Source: Eledone cirrhosa (Eukaryota). From it: a stretch of DNA of 64,000 nt. The notes below the pieces were generated by a model. It did not search any database, was not told where the DNA came from, and saw only the letters and a program-made list of their open reading frames with translations. Positions 14,734 to 27,895 of the stretch are shown one piece after another. Position numbers and translations under genes: made by a program. Location: NCBI GenBank assembly GCA_964016885.1, contig OZ024742.1, positions 105,772,001-105,836,000 of the forward strand. The letters run 5' to 3'. The stretch's first letter is position 1, and each line of letters starts with the position of its first letter.

Positions 14734-15241
14734 TCTGAAAAGTGGATTGTTTATGGGGCCCTGTCATCAAGGGGAGGGGGTACTAGCTGCCACTAAACCC
14801 CTCCGCATATTTTTAATGAAATACCGATAGAGTTTATAAAACATCGTCCTGAAATACGTTCCATGTGAATGAGTACCCACCGAGAATGTTCTGAAGAACA
14901 GCTCCTTCATAGAGCATCAATGTCTGGCGAAAAGCCCGAGGTATGTAAAGTAAACGTGCATACATTCGAACAGGACTGCGTGTGTGTGTGTGTATGTGAG
15001 TGTAAATGGCGAGATCCCAACTTTCATAAATGTTTAGCAAGCTGTAAATTTCCTATGAAACGAGCTCGAGATTCAGTTAACAATTCTTATGTATGTATGG
15101 ACCCATAACTCTGGGTGGAGTCGTAGAGGTGCCACCTTCACATACGGCGTGTCTTAGACATTTTAAGCCTTACGGAGCCCATTACCTCTGAACACAGCCG
15201 GTTTTACCATAGGTGAGAGAGAGAGAGAAAGGAAGAAAGAA

Positions 15242-15306
<65 letters not shown>

Positions 15307-15981
15307 AAGAAAGAAGAGAAAGAGAGTAAGATAGAGAGAGAGAGAGAGATAGCGATGGAAAGGACGTGAGAAAGAGATATAGAGGAAGAATCGACTAAAT
15401 ACTGGACTGCTACTTTTTTCATCGACCTCGAAAGGATGAAAGGTAAAATTGACCTCGGTGGGATTTCAACTAAGTGAGTGTAGAGAGCTGGAACGAATAC
15501 CGTTCTAACGACCCTGTAAATTCCCCGCCTTAATCATTTCTTATTTTGATAATATTCCACCGGCGTGGCTGATTCCGTGTGGAGGTGGGGATTACTGGAA
15601 ATGGTTGGTCATGGTTAGTGAAGACTGGAGAAGATTCGATACATTGTATATGTATGGAAGCTTAGTCGGGGTGATGATGGTGGTCGAAATAAAATAGTTA
15701 TAAAATAAACCGATAATAAATTATCAAGTATTAATTTCCAAAAAGTCAGTAAAATGGTTTTCCTTATTGTAAAAAGTAGCCGCATCAGATTTACTCAAAC
15801 AGAATTATTTGCGCAGGGAGGATAACGGATATGACATTTGGGACCTATGGTATACGTCCAACGGTATTAAAGACTGATATGAACCGAACTCATTAGAATA
15901 CTTAAAACCTGATGATTCAGGGTGATTAAATGCTGACACACAGACACACGCATACTTACACAAACACATAAAACACTCTCT

Positions 15982-16117
<136 letters not shown>

Positions 16118-16175
16118 CATATGTATATATATATATATAATATTATTCAAAATATTAATAAATGAAAAATATATA

Positions 16176-16225
16176 TTTTATTATACATATTTCAAAGGTA
16201 CAAAGTACGTTTTCATCAGATAAAA
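16176..16225 (-). ncRNA. Minimal type-I hammerhead ribozyme motif
   Basis: Minus strand: ttttat CTGATGA aaacgtac-ttt-gtaccttt GAAA tatgta TA ataaaa. Same family as 47330-47388; adjacent to (TA)n. Confidence 0.7.
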
Positions 16226-16715
16226 CATATAAGAGATTGGATATGCGACATACCGCTACGGTTTGGATTATTCAATTCCAATAGTGGCAGTGATTTATTT
16301 CACCAACCCTCAACGTTTTTATACCACAAATAATATGATAAACTTAGAGAAGAAGAGGACGTAGAGCAAGGTAGAAATATAGGAGAGTTGAGATGGAAGA
16401 TGTGAAGAAAAAGAAGGGAAATAAACTAATAAATAAATAAATAATATATATATATAGTTAAATCTTAGACGGGAACAAAAAGAGAGAGGCAGTACAAATA
16501 TGAGTTTATTAGGTTCACGTATATAGGAAACTAGTGGTCACGTGTTCGACTCCTGTCAACCTCAACACGCTTTGCTTTTGAAGTCGATGATTTTCCTTTT
16601 GTCCCCCACCCTCACTCTCAATCGTGAACCTAAGACTAACACTTTGTACTGCACTCTTCGTTATTGTTTTTGTTTTTTTTTGTTTTAACTTATATATATA
16701 TATATATATATATAT

Positions 16716-17047
<332 letters not shown>

Positions 17048-17269
17048 ATGTGTATGTGCGCGCGTGTGTGTATGTGTGTGTGTATTTGTATATCTAGCCA
17101 TATACGGTAAGTTTACGAATAAACATTTGAAAGCATATATGTATATGATATAGATAGGTGAAGGGACAGTGGAACTGGGGGGCGGTGGCCTCCCCAATAG
17201 TTACACATCCATTTGTATATACGCCACAATTTATGTACATATCGAAGATTTTACTGGTGATTGATTTAG

Positions 17270-17670
17270 AGAGGGGGATTGAGAGAGAGAGGATTGTGTG
17301 GTAGATATAGAGAGCGGGTGTTAATACAGGGAGGGAGATAATGGAGGGTGTTGTAAGATAAATATAGAGAAGGGGAAAGTTTGGTGGTTATTGGTATAAA
17401 GATGGGGATTGAGAGAGATAAATGAAGATAGAAATAGAGAGCGGGATGAAACAGACTATATCGTGGAAGATATAGAGAAGGGGAAAGTTTGGTGGTAATG
17501 GATATAAAGAGGGGGAAAGTTTGGTGGTAATGGATATAGAGAGGGGGAAGTTTGGTGGTAATGGATATAAAGAGGGGGAAAGTTTGGTGGTAATGGATAT
17601 AGAGAGGGGGAAGTTTGGTGGTAATGGATATAGAGAGGGGAATTGGGAGAGAGTGTTAGAAGGTAGATAT
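17270..17670. repeat. Purine-rich minisatellite (~30-bp unit gatatagagagggggaagtttggtggtaatg)
   Basis: Tandem units clearest at 17468-17640; related sequence resumes at 22865 on the other side of the LINE. Confidence 0.85.
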
Positions 17671-17912
17671 AAATTTCTATTTATTTGCCACCAGGGCATC
17701 AAAGATTGGGACAAATACAAAGGGGGGAGTTTACATACATTTAAAAAGACGTGTAAAAAACATATAACAAATTAAATTTAACAATCGATGTCCTCAATAG
17801 GGAGGGGCGTTGACATGAGTCGCACACACCCCCGAAAAAATGTGCAACCCTCCTCTTCAGGAGCACAAAGAGCGGGTGCTTCCTTCCTCTTCTCATTCTT
17901 CTCCTCTCTCAC

Positions 17913-20900
17913 CTACAGGCTGATATAGAGAGAAGGCCCATTCACTCGGGCCATTCTCGCTCCTTTCACCCATCTTTCATAAAACTTGCTGGGGTAGAGC
18001 ACCTCTCTCTCCATTCTGATCCTTCTTCTAAAGTGGTACTTGAAAAAAAAAGACCAGTTGTTGGCCGGAGAGAAAGGTGTCTGACCTAAGCCCTTTCAAC
18101 CTTGTCCACCATACAACTTCTTTCGCCACAGAGGAAAACCGCCTCTCCTTCGTTTTTGAAAGGGGGAGGCGGTTTGATCGTGACAATGTTCTCGGTGGTC
18201 AACCGGATTGGTCCCACCCGCGACAGTAGTCGTTCCACATAGCCCCACAGGTCAGCAACGCCCGGGCAGTGTACGAATGCGTGTGCGACGGTTTCCTTGT
18301 CACGCACGCATCTCGGATAGATCTTCTTCGAGGGGTCCCTACCCGGGCGCCCGTGTCTGTAGAGCTTGTCCCGAACGGGTAGAGCTCCTCGGTAACATTG
18401 CCAAGTCAGGGACTTTTGGAAGTTGTCCATCGGTCCCGGGCCAAACGTCCTACCGAACAGACTGGCCAGCTCATCTTCCTCCATGCCCAGAGCCTCTCCG
18501 AGAGCGTCGTCGCACTTACTGCGCACCAACCCTCCACTGAGGGTTGAGTCTCCACTGATTGCCGGATCCGCTTGCCAGAGGGCCGTGAGCGCCTGGGCAC
18601 ATTCAATGTGCCAGTCGCCCACTTTTCTCGGTCTTTGCTTGACCCAGGATTGCAGCTCGGTGAGTGAGACGAGTCTCGGAAAGGCTCCCCTCACAAACAG
18701 GGCCCACACTGGCTGACCGGTGAGGAATACCTGGAGGTGCCGTAGCCTTAATGCGTGTCTACGCATCGTCAGCCACGGCATCCCCAGCCCTCCGTTCGAA
18801 GGGTGTTGACAGCAGATGGATCTTCTCACCAAAGGAGCCCGCTTCTTCCAAAGAAATCGGAAGAGCGCACCCTCCATTTTGGCGAGTGTTTTCTCTGGGC
18901 AAGGCACGACGGTCAAGCGGTAGTAGATGACGGACGCTATATAAGCGTTCGCCACCTCCGCTCGACTTTTCAGGGATAGTTTGTACTCGGCCCAATTCTG
19001 GGCGAGTGCAAACACCTTGCCCGTTACCTCGTCCCAGTTTTTCTCCACCTGGAGGTCCGGTCCGAACCAAACCCCGAGCAGCTTCACCGGTCCCTCCTTC
19101 CAGCGTCCGACGATGCCGTCGGAGGGCATCGTTTTGCTCCTCCACGTCCCGAGTTGCAAACCGACGGACTTGTCCCGGTTCAGCTTGGCTCCTCTGAACC
19201 TTTCATATTCCTCCAGTAAGGTGCCGATCTGCTCGATTTCCGAGGCGCACGACACCATTACTGTCACGTTATCGGCGTAGACCGACACCGCTTTCCGCAA
19301 TCCCGGTTCCAAGGGGATGCCCTGCAACAGCTCCAGCTTCCGCAGTAGTGGCTCGAGAGCCAGCACATACAGGAGGGAGGAGAGAGGGCATCCCTGTCGG
19401 ATGGATCGCGTGATTTGGAACGGCTCCGAGAGGTAGCCGTTCACCTTGACCCTCGAGCAGGTGTTGCTACTGTGCATTGCAGCAATCCAGCCCCTGAAAA
19501 CGGGTCCGAAGCCTGCCGCCGCGAGCACCGCATCCTGGTACCGATGGTCAACCCTATCGAACGCCTTAGATTGATCCAAGTTGATCAGGGTCTCACCAAA
19601 GCCGGGTTCGTTCCCTACCCTCTCTACGATGTATCGCATGAGGTGGAGGTTGTCGTGTATGGACCTGGACGGGATTGCGCATGTCTGCGCTTCTCCCACC
19701 AGGTTACCGACGACAAGCGCCAACCTCTTCGCTAACACCTTGGCCAAAATCTTTAACTCTGTGTTTAGCAGAGTTATGGGCCTGAAGTTATCTATGTCAT
19801 CCCCCTTGTTCTCGTCCTTCCTCACCAGCGTGACTACGCCCTTGGTCAGAGAACTGGGAATTCTCCCGTTCTGTTGCCAGTTGCAGTAGACCGCCTCGAG
19901 GAGACCGGAGAACAAGCCCGGCATCGCTACATAAAGTTCGTATGGTAGACCATCGAGACCCTGAGATTTGCGTTTGCCGCATTGGCTCAGCGCTTCCCCT
20001 ATTTCAGCGGCTGAAATCGGCCTCTCGCAGGACTTCGCCTCCCAGTCCGAGAGCCGCGCCAGACCGTCGAGGTATCGACCGAAATCCAGCCCCCCCTCCC
20101 GAACAGTCGCGCAATGCGCCGTTGAAAGGCCGCGCTCATCCGCTCAGGTTCAAGGATCACGCGTCCATCCTGGTCCTTCAAAGACCGAATCGTGGACTTG
20201 TTTCCACTTTTTGCCTCTGTCACTCGGGTCCAGCTAACAGCTTTGGCTCCTTCGTTACTCAGAGCACGTATTTTACTCCTGACAACGCAGCCCCCGTGCT
20301 TCGCATCAAAGAACTGGTCTAGGGCCGTTCTTGACGCCAGCACGCCGGCCACGTTGCCACTTCTAATCGCCTCTTCTACTCTATTTGTTAATTCCCTTTC
20401 AGTTCTATTCCTATCTGATGCTAATTCCCGACTAAAACCTATCGATTCTATTCTAATTTCTCTCTTGAGAGAGCCACACCACCTGCTGTTGACAATTTCC
20501 CCCGTCAAACGCTGCTTAACTAGTGTGCTAATCCGCTTACTGTAAGCTTTGTTTGTCGGTAAAGACAAGTTTAGCTTCCAGTAACCGGGTCCCTGTCTAT
20601 GAGTTCTATCAAGGTTGACCACTCCGGTCACCAACTTGTGATCCGAATAGTCAACCATGAACATTCGTGGACAGCTGAATATGTCCCTATCCTTATTTCT
20701 AACTAGGAACCTATCTAGGTACGACCTAGATGTTCCGCTGAGATTGGTCCACGTCCACAGTGGCACAGTCGGAAAATCTAGTCGATATCTATCGGCCAGA
20801 TCAAATCGGCCGATTAATCGTTTGAGGCTGTTACACCCCCTCTATCGGGACATGCCCCTACATAGTCCCAACGTGCATCCAGGATACCATTCCAGTCCCC

Positions 20901-21318
20901 CACTAAAAGCAAGGAGCGAGACGTTCCCAGGAAATTCTCCAGGCGTCGAAAGAAGTCCGGTCGCGGTGTCCCAGATGGGGCATACGCTGCCACCAGTCTG
21001 AAAGCTCCACCTTCACTACTGCCGACGTCTAAAACCACCAGTCGACCCTCCGGGTCCAGGTGTACCTTCTGTGTGGCAAGACCCAGGTATTTTCGCAGCA
21101 GAACGACAACCCCACCCCCACCCCTCGGCTGACAGAGAGATGCGTAGATCGCAAAGTCGTCGAAGATGGGGGGCCAGTTGGCGCTCGCTGCTGATCCTGG
21201 ACTCGCAAATAACCATTACATCCACTCTGTGCGACCTGAGGTCATTTAAGAGTTTGCCCTGTTTCCAGGACATCCCCAGGCCGCGTGCATTCACACATCC
21301 AACTCTTATATTGGCCAT
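17913..21318 (-). pseudogene. Tx1/L1 ORF2 (APE endonuclease, RT, C-terminal Cys region), split by several frameshifts
   Basis: Motifs CVNARGL, VGDWN, SYLDRFLV, YSDHKLV, GPGYWKLN, FRPITLLNTELKILAKVLA, DQSKAFDRVDH, RQGCPLS, YADNV, GGLGMP and ETVAHAFVHC across ORFs starting at 21318, 21038, 20766, 19982 and 19924. Confidence 0.92.
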
Positions 21319-21360
21319 GTTGGTGCTGAAGAGTTAAAAAGGAAGAGGAAAGGAAATTAC

Positions 21361-22676
21361 TTACCTCTTCGTCTCCTGGGGACCAGGCTGCACAATTTCC
21401 ATGGGGGTGTTGGAAGGGTTGTTTGGTGGGGTGAGGACATCAGTGTGTGGTGGGATTAGGGTGTTTGGTGGGGTGTGGGTGTCTGGCGTGGGGGTGGGGA
21501 AACATCTCAATAGGACGCTGTTAAGTGGTTTGGTGCAGTTGGTCTCCACATGCATTGGATGGTTCTTTTTTAAAGTTACATAGGTTTCCGTTGGGATCCT
21601 AATCATCATTAGGTGCGGTTTGTTCGCTGCGTAGGTGAAAGTGATCCCTTCGGTTTCCACCGAAGGGTTATTTTCTATCGCTTTCATCAAAGTTTTATTG
21701 TTTTTGTTAATGTATGTATAGAGTTTTTGTTGTGTTGTATTTGTTTTTGTTTGTTGTTCTTGTGCGTGTTTGCGTTTTGTAGTACGTGTTATGTTTTGGG
21801 GAGGGGTGGTTTTTTTTTGTTTGTGATGTTTGTTCTGTTTGTGCTGGTGGTTGTGTGTTTGTAGCATTTTTGTTAATGTGGTGCCTTTTTATTTCCTTTT
21901 CACCTGTTGATGATTCCACATAGTATCCACCAAATATTTACATTTGGTGTGATACTCATTATTTTTATTCTTTGTGTCCTTTTTCCTCTGTACGTGGGGA
22001 AAAAGGTGAAGCGGGGGGACACAATGGGTGATACCGAGTACTTTTGTGCTGTTGACTGGTTGTTCTTTCGCACCGAAATGCTACCAAACAGTTTACCTTT
22101 TTGTATGAAGGTTATGTCCTTCATTGCATCTTTTAGAACCAGCTCAATTTCATTTTGTGATAATTGAGCTGGTTTTCTTGTTTCGTTCGATATTGTCCTG
22201 AAGACCACAGTTTTCAGGACAGCCTCTCTACGCAATTCCTGTGGAGAATTGATGCTAAAAGCACCGTTTTCGCCAAAAGTCACGAATTGTTTTGCGCCTT
22301 GTAATAGTTGTTTAGCATTTGTTATGTCTATTGGCGTGTATAGTTCGTTTTTTTTTACAGTCTGTGCGAATGTTGTTTTGGTGTTGTCTTTTTTGTTGCT
22401 GCTGTTGTTGTCACTGTTGGTAATATTGTTCATGTTTTCCTTGGTGTTGCTATTGTTGCAGTTGTTGGTTGTGGTGTTATTGTCATTGTTCTTGTTGGTG
22501 CTGGTATTATTTACCGGGTTTGGTTTCGTGGTTTCAATATTTTCAACGTTTTTCGATAATGCGAGGGGGGAAGGCTGCAAGCTTTGTACTCCTACCTTCC
22601 CTCCACCACTTTTCTTAGTGGGCGTGGCACTCACGACAGTGTGCGAGGTAGAAATGGCATCCATTGCTGATACCAA
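21361..22676 (-). pseudogene. LINE ORF1 (Asn/Thr-rich low-complexity segments), frameshifted near 21900
   Basis: Two consecutive ORFs of 258 and 168 aa; the stop lies ~40 nt upstream of the ORF2 ATG. Assignment is by position. Confidence 0.7.
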
Positions 22677-22864
22677 GTCTACACAGTTTTGAGATGAAAA
22701 TGAAAATTTCGCCCCAGAAAGGGGCGAAAATTAGTTGACTCAACGTCTGACGGTCCAGGCAAGGGGTTAAACTAAACAATGCTATTAAATTGATCAATGA
22801 ACTCACAGTTTTTTTGACAATAATCCGTTAAAATCCGGAGCGAAGTAATTCACGTCTATATCAA

Positions 22865-23420
22865 GTGCTAATTGATATAGAGAGGCGAATTGGAAGAGAG
22901 TTCCGTGTAGTAGATATAGAGAGGGTGAGAGCTTTGTGTTAATTGATATAGAGAGGCGAATTGGAAGAGAGTTCCGTGTAGTAGATATAGAGAGGGTGAG
23001 AGTTTTGTGTTAATTGATATATAGAGGCGAATTGGAAGAGAGTTCCGTGTAGTAGATATAGAGAAGGTGAGAGTTTTGTGTTAATTGAGATAGAGAGCGG
23101 AATGTGGAAAGAGTGTTGTATGGTTGATATAGAGAGGAGGAGAGTTTGGTGGAAATGGATACAGTGAGAGAATTGATAGAGATAGATATTGATAGATATA
23201 GAAAGGAGGATTGATGGTATTATATTGAATGAGGGGATTTGGAGACAATGTTGTATATTAGATATTGAGACGAGGCGAGTTGACAAGTGATGGATAGAGT
23301 GAGATGGATAGATAGGGAGTGTCGTATGGTAGAGACAGACAGTGGGTGAGTTTGGTGGTAATTTATATAGAGAGGGGTGTTTGGAGAGTGTGTTGTATAC
23401 TAGATATAGAGAGGGGGAGA
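22865..23420. repeat. ~70-bp purine-rich tandem repeat, decaying distally
   Basis: Unit ttaattgatatagagaggcgaattggaagagagttccgtgtagtagatatagagagggtgagagttttgtg occurs about 3 times, followed by degenerate copies. Confidence 0.85.
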
Positions 23421-23973
23421 TTTTGATGTTAATTCATATAGGCTGCAACCTTATTTTCCGACTCTAAGGGTCTTTGCCCTATTTTATAAGCCATTTCATA
23501 GCAACTGACTGTACATGCAGTCATTTTATGTGCTTGAGTATTCTTCATCTTCTATAAATTTATTCCCTCAGCATTTCATGAATATGAAATTTGGAGCCTC
23601 GCACACGTCGTTTGTTGACATTCCCAAAAACTGTTGGATTCAGCTCCTTAATTTAACTCAATGGTGAGAGCACTCAGCACGTATCACATATATATACGTG
23701 TGTGTATACTTACATTTATACATATATATATGTATACACAATATATATACATGCAAATATACATATACCAATATATGGGTCCTGACTCTTTTCCTATATA
23801 TATATATATATATAATTAGAATTGGTGCTCTGAAATAGCGATATATATATGAATGTATATATAGTGTATTTTGCAATACACTATGCTTTCTAAGACAATA
23901 GCGTAAGGTCTTCGAAATGCTTTTAATTAAGCATACAGTGTATTGCAAAATACACTATATATACATATATACA

Positions 23974-24024
<51 letters not shown>

Positions 24025-24026
24025 GA

Positions 24027-24064
<38 letters not shown>

Positions 24065-24507
24065 TCTGTATCTCTCGTCCATGAATTCACCAAGCTTAAG
24101 CTTATAGATATCATGTACTTGTCTCTTCCTATCTTTCCGTTGCAATACCATCTTTGTTTGTTTACATGTCTCGCTCGCTTCACGCTATTTTACTTGTCCC
24201 AATAACTTTATTTAGTTATTGCTCGCACCAACCAGAGGTATATGATTTTTAAAGCGATGAAATACCAATGAAAGTTGGAAGATCACTGATGAAGAACTAA
24301 TTCATTCATATGTAACCCATGTGCAACCACGCAGCACTCCATTTTTCTTATATATATATATATCATAAAAAAGAGGAGCGACAGTATCACGTATACATCG
24401 GCAGTTGAATGCTTACGTCTGATTATACCCTAGTCGGCTGATTGCTTGATCAACCAATACTGACTACTTGGAATAATATATATATATATATGTGTGTGTG
24501 TGTGTTG

Positions 24508-24568
<61 letters not shown>

Positions 24569-24750
24569 GGAGGGTGTAGGTAGTGTCAAGTGTTTCTGTA
24601 GGATAGATAAATGAAAAAGAGCGCTCTATGTTATGTACATATATTCACACACACGCACGCGCACACACATATAGATGTGTGTGTGTGTGCAAGTCTGTGC
24701 GTTGAGGCGTGACTTTATTTGAGAAAGCGTGAACGTGAAAGCGTGTCTAT

Positions 24751-24798
<48 letters not shown>

Positions 24799-26455
24799 AT
24801 ACAAATACCTGTAAGCACACAGAAGAAACACACACACACATCTGAAAAACATACTGAAAGGTTAGTAATATACTTTACTTCTCAATAAAAAAGGGTGCTT
24901 AGAATCTAATTTAGAGAAATATAAGGATATTCTATATATGGAATATGTCATATAAATACAGTTTAATAGAAGAAGAATAGCATTTAGATTGAGAAGAATG
25001 GAATGTAAAATAGGAAAATATAGAGAAAAAGAGAATAAGAAAGAAAAAAACAGAAAGGGGGGAATGGCAAGGATTTAAGTGTCACAGAAGAATGGGAAGG
25101 GGGATTTAGCTCTGGGCCTTGGGATCGGCGATGGAGACCATGAAAGCATTCCCGCGGCAATGGCTTGCGACACCCGCTGCAACAGCCACTCCAAAATATC
25201 CAACAAATTTTCACGTATTTTAGCAATATTTCAGCAGCAATTTATTTGTCTTACAACTGCCTCTAAGGCAATTAAAATAAAATTAAAGCTCTTTATATAA
25301 AGAAATGGTTGTAGAATACCTGAAAGGTAACTTGCGGAGTCGTTAAAAGTCTGATAGAATGCTCTGCGTTATTCAGTATGGCTCTGTAAGCTCAGAGTTC
25401 AAAACCAGCCGAGGTCAATTTTGCCTTTTGTCAATTCGCCGTCGATAAATAAAAGTATCAGTCTAGTATTGGGGGTCGATTTTTCTTTAATATCTCTTTC
25501 TCGTTTCCTTTCTATCACTCTCTCTCCTTCTCTGGAAGAAATCAGCTGTGTTGAGACTTTGAGGTGAGATGGGCTCTGCTAGGTCTTAAAAGGCCAAACA
25601 CGCCGAAACACCCCGGTGCACCTACGACTCTACTAAGTGTTACCAGTCTGTACATACATTAACTGAAACCAACTGATTATATAAAGCGTCAACATTATGG
25701 TAGATGGTTTAACCGATTTATTATAGAACTCACTTCCAATGTGTTGGATTTTTTTTTTTTACAGTTAATTTGAGTTTCGTTAATTTGAGTTTCGTTAATT
25801 TGAGTTTCGTTAATTTGCAAAACATACATTTGTGGTCGCCAAGCTAATCTTCCCAAGTTGCATAACCCTGTCACTTCAGGATCTAAAAGTTGGAGTTGGG
25901 TTGCTATATGCAGATGTCGGCCCTATTTTTATTTAAAATACAATAAACAATGGCTGGTATTGTAATACTACTGTGATTGTACTCATCCCGTTTATATATA
26001 CAGTTAATATGGTGAGGTAAATAAATATATACATATTCACCAGGTCCGAACACAATGGAACCAACCTCCAACTGTCACCACCTCCGTCTCTCCCGCTCTC
26101 CCCAACAAAAGAGGAAATCTATTACTCATGTTTCCGTTTTTTGTTATTTGTGTGTATGTTATTGTTGTAATTGTTCGGGTCACAGCTGATCTTTATTGGT
26201 CTAGATGTTTTTTTTGTTTTGTTTTTATTTTATTGCCAGCCAGATTGTTCATTTATTGTTGTTGTTTTCACATCTTACCATAGTTCTTTTTATTGTTGCT
26301 ACGGTGTAGCTTACTGAAATAAACTGTAGGAAATTGATGCCTCTCATTTACAAAAATTACTTGAAAATGTAATCTTTAAAAACCTGTACAAGTCCTGAGC
26401 TGTGTAGAGATTTACCAAAAATCGAATACTGTTCATCAAACAGAAGAAAAAAAAA

Positions 26456-26524
<69 letters not shown>

Positions 26525-26877
26525 TGTTATATTTGGGGAGGGTCATATTTGCGTAATATTGCCAGAATTAATAACAGAACACACTCACTGTTTGGTTGGT
26601 TTTCGCTTCTCGCTGTCTTTTATATCTGTGATCTAACTTACTCGGTCCTCAATGTTGCCATTGACTGACCGGCGGTCAAAAATAATACAGATACAATATA
26701 GACACAAACACATATATATAGTTTACATAATTTACATAAATCTTTCGTTGCACATCTGCAACATCGTCAGTGGTGTTATATTCATTGTTCCTCCTGTTGT
26801 GTTGTATGTCTACGCCATTTTTTTTGTTCAGTCTGTCTGTCTAAAAAAAAAAAAATGGCGTAGACATACAACACAAC

Positions 26878-26957
26878 ATTTTACACGTTTTTATTGTATG
26901 TAAACTTCCCCCTTTGTATTTGTCCCCTTCTTTTGTGCCCCTGTGGCTAATAAAGAA

Positions 26958-27010
<53 letters not shown>

Positions 27011-27809
27011 CTGGCCAGTCTGTTCGGTAGGACCTTCCGCCCAAGACCGATGGACAACTTCCAAAAGTCCCTGGCCTGGCAGTGCTACCGAGGAGCTCTA
27101 CCAGTTAGAGAAAGCTTTACAGACACGGGCGCCCGGGCAGTGACCCTTCGAAAAAGATCTGTCCGATATACGTGCGCGACGAGGAAACCGTCGCGCACGC
27201 ATTTGTACACTGCCCGGGTGTTACCGACCCGTGGGGCTATGTAGAACGACTATTGTCGCGTGTGGGACCAATCCAGTTGACCACCGATTCTATTGTCATG
27301 ATCAAACCGCCACCCTCCTTCAAAAACGAAGGAGAGGCGATTTTCCTATGTGTTATGGCTATGGTGAAAGAGGTTATATGGTGGACGAGGTTAAAAGGGC
27401 TGAGGTCAGACACCTTTCTCTCCGGCGAACAACCGATTCGTTTTTTCAAATATCATTTTGGAAGAAGAATCAGGATGGAGAGAGAGGTGCTGTACCCCAG
27501 CAAATTTTATGAAAAGTGGGTGAATGTGGCAAAGATGGCCCGAGCGGTTGGGCCTTCTCTCTATATAAGCATGTAGGTTGAGGAAAAAGAGGAAGAGAGG
27601 AAAGGAGTACTCACTCTTGGTGCTCCTGGAGATGAGGGTTGTACATTTTTTTTCGTGGTGTGTACAACCCCTGTGTAACGCCTCCCCCTATTGGGGATTT
27701 CAATTGTTGTTTGTTGTTTTATTAATAGTTTTATTTTAATATACCTGTATGTAAACTCCCCATTTGTATTTGTCCCCTTCTTTTATGCCCTCGTGGCTAA
27801 TAAAGCAAT

Positions 27810-27879
<70 letters not shown>

Positions 27880-27895
27880 GTCTGTCTATCTATCT
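26878..27895 (+). mobile_element. Two tandem 5'-truncated Tx1 copies, each ending in (ATCT)n
   Basis: 26878-26958 is 3'UTR only, then (ATCT)n, then 27011-27810 with ORF2 C-terminus (MDNFQKSLAWQCYRGALPV...LYISM*) and 3'UTR, then (ATCT)n. Homologous to 17671-18470. Confidence 0.9.

Larger units (their letters stand above)
17671..22866 (-). mobile_element. Near-full-length Tx1/L1-clade LINE (5'UTR, ORF1, ORF2, 3'UTR), frameshifted
   Basis: ORF1 pieces 22676-21361; ORF2 starts at 21318 (MANIRVGCVNARGL); 3'UTR ends ...gcaaataaatagaaattt; inserted into the purine-rich satellite. Confidence 0.92.

Noticed and set aside
18208-22692. Plus-strand ORFs overlapping the Tx1 element
   Set aside because: Antisense shadows of a GC-rich or low-complexity coding strand.
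22865-23100. CRISPR-like regular repeats
   Set aside because: Units are tandem with no unique spacers, there are no cas genes, and the context is eukaryotic.
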